From contig NC_135808.1 of the NCBI RefSeq assembly GCF_964213995.1, positions 74,462,001-74,526,000 on the forward strand: DNA of 64,000 nucleotides. The letters are read 5' to 3'. The notes beneath the pieces are model-generated. The model saw only the letters and a list, made by a program, of their open reading frames with translations. It was not told the DNA's origin and did no database searches. Both the position numbers and the translations under genes were made by a program. The first letter of the stretch is position 1. The number at the start of each line of letters is the position of its first letter. Positions 58,964 through 64,000 of the stretch are shown in pieces. Source of the DNA: Mustelus asterias. Lineage: Eukaryota.

Positions 58964-59224
58964 CCCCGTGTGCACCCCAATATATTGACACAAGCCTAAA
59001 CTGTGTCACCAAGACTACGACAGTGACATGGGAGGAGAGTGATGGTGCGCTGTGGTACATCACAACAGCAGAAGGACAAGATGGACATGTAACACTGTGC
59101 AATACAACAGAGACAAGCTGTACGTTCATGGACCTGCACTGCAGTCAGACATATTTAATCACTGTCAAAGCACTGGATGATTATTGTCAGAGCGTAAACA
59201 CTTCTACTTTTGAAACTGAACCAG
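58964..59224 (+). CDS. FN3 exon E, repeat 4
   Basis: tatttcgcag|CCCCGTGT ... GAACCAG|gtaaag; 261 nt. Confidence 0.93.
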
Positions 59225-59431
59225 GTAAAGTTGCTAAAAAGGTTTTTGATGGCAGGAAAATGTTACACTGGCACAATTGCGAGTGCTGTCATGAGGTTTG
59301 AACTCTCAGAATCGCAGAGTGGTAATTTGAGCAGTCATGTTACACTTGTTTTGCTCACTCTGGTGACCCGATTCAACAAAGTTTGAATGATTTGATCCCC
59401 AGGTTTCCATCCAGTTAATAACCTGAACGTA

Positions 59432-59672
59432 TGATGCCCTATCAATCAAGCAAAGACTAGTTTGTATGCAAAAACAAATAGGCTTTTATTTGCAAAAGAC
59501 TTGGAGCACACCCTTGCTGATGAACTGGTCCGGCGACTGAGGCAGAGGGGTTGGGAGCAGTGACCTTTATACCTGGACCGGGGGGGGAGGAGTCTCAGGC
59601 AGGGCCGGCAGGGGCATGCCCAGGCATGTCACACACACACACAGACAATAAGCTTAACAGTGGTTTACCACA
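59432..59672 (-). repeat. 3' LTR (241 bp, TG...CA)
   Basis: Direct repeat of 63516-63756, about ten substitutions and two 1-nt indels by eye; TATAAA at 59566-59571 on the minus strand. Confidence 0.95.
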
Positions 59673-59744
59673 TTCACCCCCTGCTTTTAAAAAAGAGTCC
59701 GGCGGGGGTGAGGTGGGTGGAACGATATTTACAGAATTACAAAT

Positions 59745-62700
59745 TTACAAATTCAATCTCTCTGGGGGCTTGATCTGCCGCTGCGACCGCTGTAGTGCCG
59801 GTTGTGGTGTCGGTTCCGGTGGCCGCAGTGTTGGTTCAGGCGCCAGGCTGGAGTCGCTCGAGTCGTCTGTAGTCCCTTCCGATTGTCGGGTGCGTGGTGG
59901 CGGCTCCTGGGGCTCAGGCGTGCTGTATACGGGGGTTGGGGGTGTGGGGTTGCAGGTCATCGCGGTCCCTGGGGCACCTGCGGGTGCCAGGTTTCGAATG
60001 GAGACCATGTCCTCCCTCCCGTTGGGGTACGCCACGTAGGCGTATTGGGGGTTGGCGTGGAGGAGCTGGACCCTTTCGACCAGTGCGTCCGACTTATGGG
60101 TCCTCACGTGCTTCCAGAGCAGCACAGGGCCTGGGGACGTCAGCCACAACGGTAGTGAGGTCCCCGAGGAGGACTTCCTGGGGAAAACAAACATCCTTTC
60201 ATGAGGGGTAGCATTGGTAGCTGTGCAAAGGAGTGATCTAATCGAGTGTAGTGCATCAGGGAGGACCTCTTGCCAGCGGGTGACTGGAAGACCTTTAGAC
60301 CTCAGAGCTAGTAAAACGGCCTTCCAGACTGTCGCGTTCTCCCTCTCTACCTGTCCATTCCCCCTGGGTTGTAACTGGTGGTCCTACTCGAGGCTATACC
60401 TTTGGAGAGCAGGTACTGTCGCAGCTCATCACTCATAAAGGAGGATCCCCGGTCGCTATGGATATAGCTAGGGAAACCGAACAGGGTGAAGAGGCTGTGC
60501 AGGGCCCTGACGACCGTGGCCGAGGTCATATCCGGGCAGGGAATAGCGAAGGGGAAACGTGAATATTCGTCAATGACGTTGAAGAAGTATATGTTGCGGT
60601 CAGAAGAGGGGAGGAGGCCTTTGAAGTCGACGCTTAGGCGTTCGAAAGGGCGGGTGGCCTTTATGAGGTGTGCTGTGTCTGGCCGATAGAAGTGCAGCTT
60701 GCACTCTGCGCAGACCTGGCAGTGTCTGGTTATAGACCTGACTTCCTCAATGGAGTAGGGCAGGTTACGGGCTTTAATGAAGTGAAAAAACCTGGTGCCC
60801 CCCGGGTGGCAGAGGTCGTTGTGGAGAGTCTGCAATTGGTCTATTTGTGCACTGACACATATTCCCCGGGACAGGGCGTCTGGGGGCTCATTGAGCTTCC
60901 CGGGCCGGTATAAGATGTCATAATTGTAGGTGGAAAGCTCGATTCTCCACCTCAATATTTTATCATTTTTGATCTTGCCCCGCTGCGTGTTGTTAAACAT
61001 GAATGCAACTAACCGTTGGTCCGTGAGTAGGGTGAATCGTTTACCAGCTAAGTAGTGGCGCCAGTGCCGTACAGCTTCCACTATGGCTTGGGCCTCCTTC
61101 TTGACAGAGGAGTGTCGAATTTCAGGGCCTTGGAGGGTTCGTGAGAAGAAGGCCACGGGTCTGCCCACCTGGTTAAGGGTGGCGGCTAGGGCGAAGTCAG
61201 ATGCATCACTCTCCACCTGGAACGGGATGGAGTCGTCTTCAGCATACATCGTGGTCTTTGCGATGTCTGCTTTGAGGCGGTCGAAGGCCAGGCGGGCCTC
61301 TGCCGCCAGGGGAAAAGAGGTGGATTTGATGAGCGGACGGGCTTTATCCGCATAATTGGGGATCCACTGGGCGTAATACAAGAAGAAGCCCAGGCATCTC
61401 CTCAGTGCTTTGAGGCTGGTGGGGAGGGGAAGTTCCAGGAGGGGACGCATGCAGTCGGGATCGGGACCGATGAACCCGTTTTCCACAACACAACCAAGGA
61501 TGGCGAGGCGGCGTGGGCGGAATACACACTTCTGCTTATTATAGGTCAGATTTAGGAGTGTGGCGGTGTGGAGGAATTTGTGGAGGTTGGCGTCGTGGTC
61601 CTGCTGATCATGGCCGCAGATGGTGACATTATCCAGGTACGGGAAGGTGGCCCACAGCCCATTCTGGTCTACCATTCGGTCCATCTCACGCTGGAAAACT
61701 GAGACCCCGTTGGTGACGCCGGAGGGGACCCAAAGGAAGTGATAGAGGCGGCCATCCGCCTCGAAGGCAGTATATTGGCGGTCTTCCGGGCGGATAGGGA
61801 GCTGGTGGTATGCAGATTTTAAGTCGATGGTGGAGAACACCCAATATTGCGCAATCTGATTAACCATGTCAGATATGCGGGGAAGGGGGTACGCGTCCAG
61901 CTGCGTGTAGCGGTTAATGGTCTGACTGTAGTCAATGACCATGCGATGTTTCTCCCCAGTCTTAACAACTACTACTTGGGCTCTCCAGGGCTGGTACTGG
62001 CCTCGATAATCCCCTCCCCAAGGAGCCGTTGTACTTCGGACCTGATAAAAGCCCTGTCTCCAGCACTGTACCGTCTGCTCTTGGTGGCGATGGGCTTGCA
62101 GTCGGGGGTGAGATTTTCAAACAGTGAGGGAGGGGCGACTTTAAGGGTCGAGAGGCTGCAGGTGGTGCGCGGTGGGCGATCTAAGAACTGGTGATTGCAA
62201 ACAGAGAGTGGGGGAAAAGGCCCATTATACTCCATGGTGACGCTCTCAAGGTGACACAGGAAATCTAGCTCCAGGAGTACGGCAGCGCAGAGTTGTGGCA
62301 GCACGAGGAGCCTGAAGCTTTTGTACACTGTGCCCCGTACAGTCAGGGTCGCCACGCAGTACCCGAGGACATCCACCGAGTGGGACTTTGAAGCCATGGA
62401 GATCGTTTGCTTCACTGGCAGTACTGAAAGGGCATAGCGACTCACTGTGTTAGGGTGAATAAAGCTCTCCGTACTCCCACAATCAAATAAACAGTTTGTA
62501 GTGCGACCGTTTACCTCGATGTCCATCATGGACCTGGCGAGTTGGTGAGGCCTGGATTGGTCCAGCATAACCAAAGCCACCGTTGGATTTTGCGACGCGG
62601 CTGACGGCCTCCAAGATGGCGGCCCGCACGGCTCACACGCGGCTACCGGCGCCCCAGATGGCGGCCCCCGCGGGTCGCACGCGGCGCGACTGGGCTTGGA

Positions 62701-63491
62701 GGTCGACTTCGCCCTGCATACCTTCGCGTAATGGCCCTTCTTTCCACACCCGGAGCAGATCGCATCCTTCGCCGGGCAGCGTTGTCGGGGGTGCTTCCCC
62801 AGGCTGCAGAAGTAGCACTTCGGACTTCCAGAGACTGCCGCAGCGGTTGGGTCATTGGTGGGACGTGACGTGGCGTGGCGTAGGCCTGCGGCCCTCCTGA
62901 GTACAGAGGTGGTGGCGGCGACTGCGGCGTCCACGATGCGCCCCCGTGGTCGGGGGTGTAGGCCTCGAGATTACGGAAGGCCACCTCTAACGAGTCGGCA
63001 AAAGCTACAGTCTTTTGTAGATCCAGCCCACCCTGTTCCAGCAGTCGTTGCCGGATGTAGTTTGACCTGATAATCAGAGATGCCTATGTCATGACTAAGT
63101 CCTCAGTGTTTTGGGCGGCTGTTACGGCCTTGCAGTTGCAGGCCCTGCCAAGTGCTCGCAACGCACGCAGGAATTGGTCGCCCGATTCTCCTGGCTGTTG
63201 TCTGCAAGTAGCCAGAAGATGTCTGGCGTAGATTACATTAGTCTGTTTGTTGTACTGGCCTTTTAAAAGTTCGATCGCATCCTCGTAAGTTTCAGCGTCT
63301 CTAATCATCGAGAATACTTGATCGCTTAGCCGGGCGTGGAGCACGTGTAGCTTGTCGGTTTCGGTCCAGACGACGGAGGCGGAGGCAGTGAGGAAAGTTT
63401 CGAAACATCGCAGCCAGTGATCGAAGCTGTTAGAGGCTCCTACGGCTTGAGGATCCAATTCTAATCTATCGGGTTTTAGTATCTGCTCCAT
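59745..63491 (-). pseudogene. gag-pol of the Gypsy element, disrupted by a micro-inversion stop and frameshifts
   Basis: ORF pieces 63084-63491, 61972-62934, 60347-61942, 59745-60194. Confidence 0.9.
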
Positions 63492-63515
63492 CCCAAAACT
63501 TTTTGCGAATAAAAT

Positions 63516-63756
63516 TGATGCACTATCAATCAAGCAAAGACTAGTTTGTATGCAAGAACAAATAGGCTTTTATTCGCAAAAGAATTGGAGCACACCCATG
63601 CTGATGAACTGGTCCCGGCGACTGAGGCAGGGGGGTTGGGAGCAGTCACTTTCATACCTGGACCGGGGGGGAGGAGTCTCAGGCAGGGCCGGCAGGGGCA
63701 TGCCCAGGCATGTCACACACACACACAGACAATAAGCTTACCAGTGGTTTACCACA
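63516..63756 (-). repeat. 5' LTR (241 bp)
   Basis: TGTGGTAAACC...GATAGTGCATCA on the minus strand; TATGAA 63651-63656, TCAGT 63621-63625, AATAAA 63569-63574. Confidence 0.95.
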
Positions 63757-63909
63757 ACGTAATGACCACTGTGCTCTCTTTGTAGAATCTCCTTCCACTA
63801 TGAGGCAGCTTCTCTAGAAATTTGTAAACTAAAGCCCAACTCAGAAATGACAGTCCATGTTGAATTCTGAATGGAAATCTAGTTCCTGCACAGTTATTGA
63901 GGATCTTGT

Positions 63910-64000
63910 TCTAGAATCTCTACAGTGCAGAAGGAGGCCATTCGGCCCAGTGAGTCTGCACCAACTACAATCCCACCCAGCCCCTATTTCCGTAACCCCA
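63910..64000 (-). mobile_element. V-SINE 3' end (runs off the window), paralogous to 41360-41572
   Basis: CTAGAATCTCTACAGTGCAGAAGGAGGCCATTCGGCCC. Confidence 0.85.

Larger units (their letters stand above)
2903..59224 (+). other. Interior of a giant multi-exon gene encoding tandem Cys-rich fibronectin type III domains (FNDC7-like); 28 exons in a 9-exon super-repeat; both gene ends outside the window
   Basis: 28 open segments of 255/261 nt with AG acceptors and (27 of 28) GT donors, all phase 1, each translating to xPCxP..LxC....W......Y...A......C......C....LxCG..Y.I.V.A....C, an FN3 fold with the Cys pattern I associate with FNDC7-family proteins. No signal peptide, TM or terminal exon seen. 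Confidence 0.85.
59432..63756 (-). mobile_element. Full-length Ty3/Gypsy (Mag-like) LTR retrotransposon, 5-bp TSD ACGTA
   Basis: ACGTA at 59427-59431 and 63757-63761; empty site in repeat 3 (~41215); gag with two zinc knuckles, PR (LFDCGS), RT, RNase H (SDASD), integrase (H..H..C..C, SDRG); PPT AAAAGCAGGGGGTGAA. Confidence 0.96.

Noticed and set aside
3494-59129. Repeated antisense or off-frame ORFs over the FN3 exons (MSCYIAC..., MLSDAMTY..., MQYHTL..., MNVQLVSV...)
   Set aside because: Shadows of near-identical exons; their recurrence follows from exon homogenisation.
2903-59224. Rearranging antigen-receptor locus or Dscam-like mutually exclusive exon clusters
   Set aside because: The domains are FN3, not Ig V; I saw no heptamer/nonamer signals; exon types recur in serial A-I order, not as clusters of alternatives.

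Overview
Eukaryotic (vertebrate) genomic DNA, almost certainly an elasmobranch (shark): it is dense in HE1-type V-SINEs, CR1/HER1-type LINEs, DeuSINE-like and Penelope-like repeats. The window is the interior of one very large + strand gene made of 28 single-domain, phase-1/phase-1 exons (255 or 261 nt, 7,272 nt in total). Each exon encodes a cysteine-rich fibronectin type III domain of the FNDC7-like type, and they are arranged as a 9-exon super-repeat (A-I) present as ABC--FGHI / ABCD--G*HI / ABCDEFGHI / ABCDE...; no first or last exon is in view. Main observations: (1) domains F and G each carry one unpaired Cys at facing poles, and the only G exon without an upstream F has lost its GT donor; (2) exons are nearly identical between repeats although many introns are old and diverged, suggesting exon-focused gene conversion; (3) Penelope-derived repeats carry minimal hammerhead ribozyme motifs with covarying stems, a 353-nt retrozyme-like unit, and ~100-140 bp fold-back or inverted insertions whose ends lie near the predicted ribozyme cut site; (4) a Mag-like Gypsy element has no tRNA PBS but a 14-nt PBS-position sequence complementary to its own LTR (possible self-priming), a YLDN RT motif and a 27-bp micro-inversion in gag; (5) a young CR1 has an open 1001-codon ORF2; (6) an 11-bp minisatellite arose inside an L2 RT. 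Everything was read by eye: exon and TSD coordinates were counted directly, boundaries of old repeats are approximate, and family names come from remembered motifs, not database searches.
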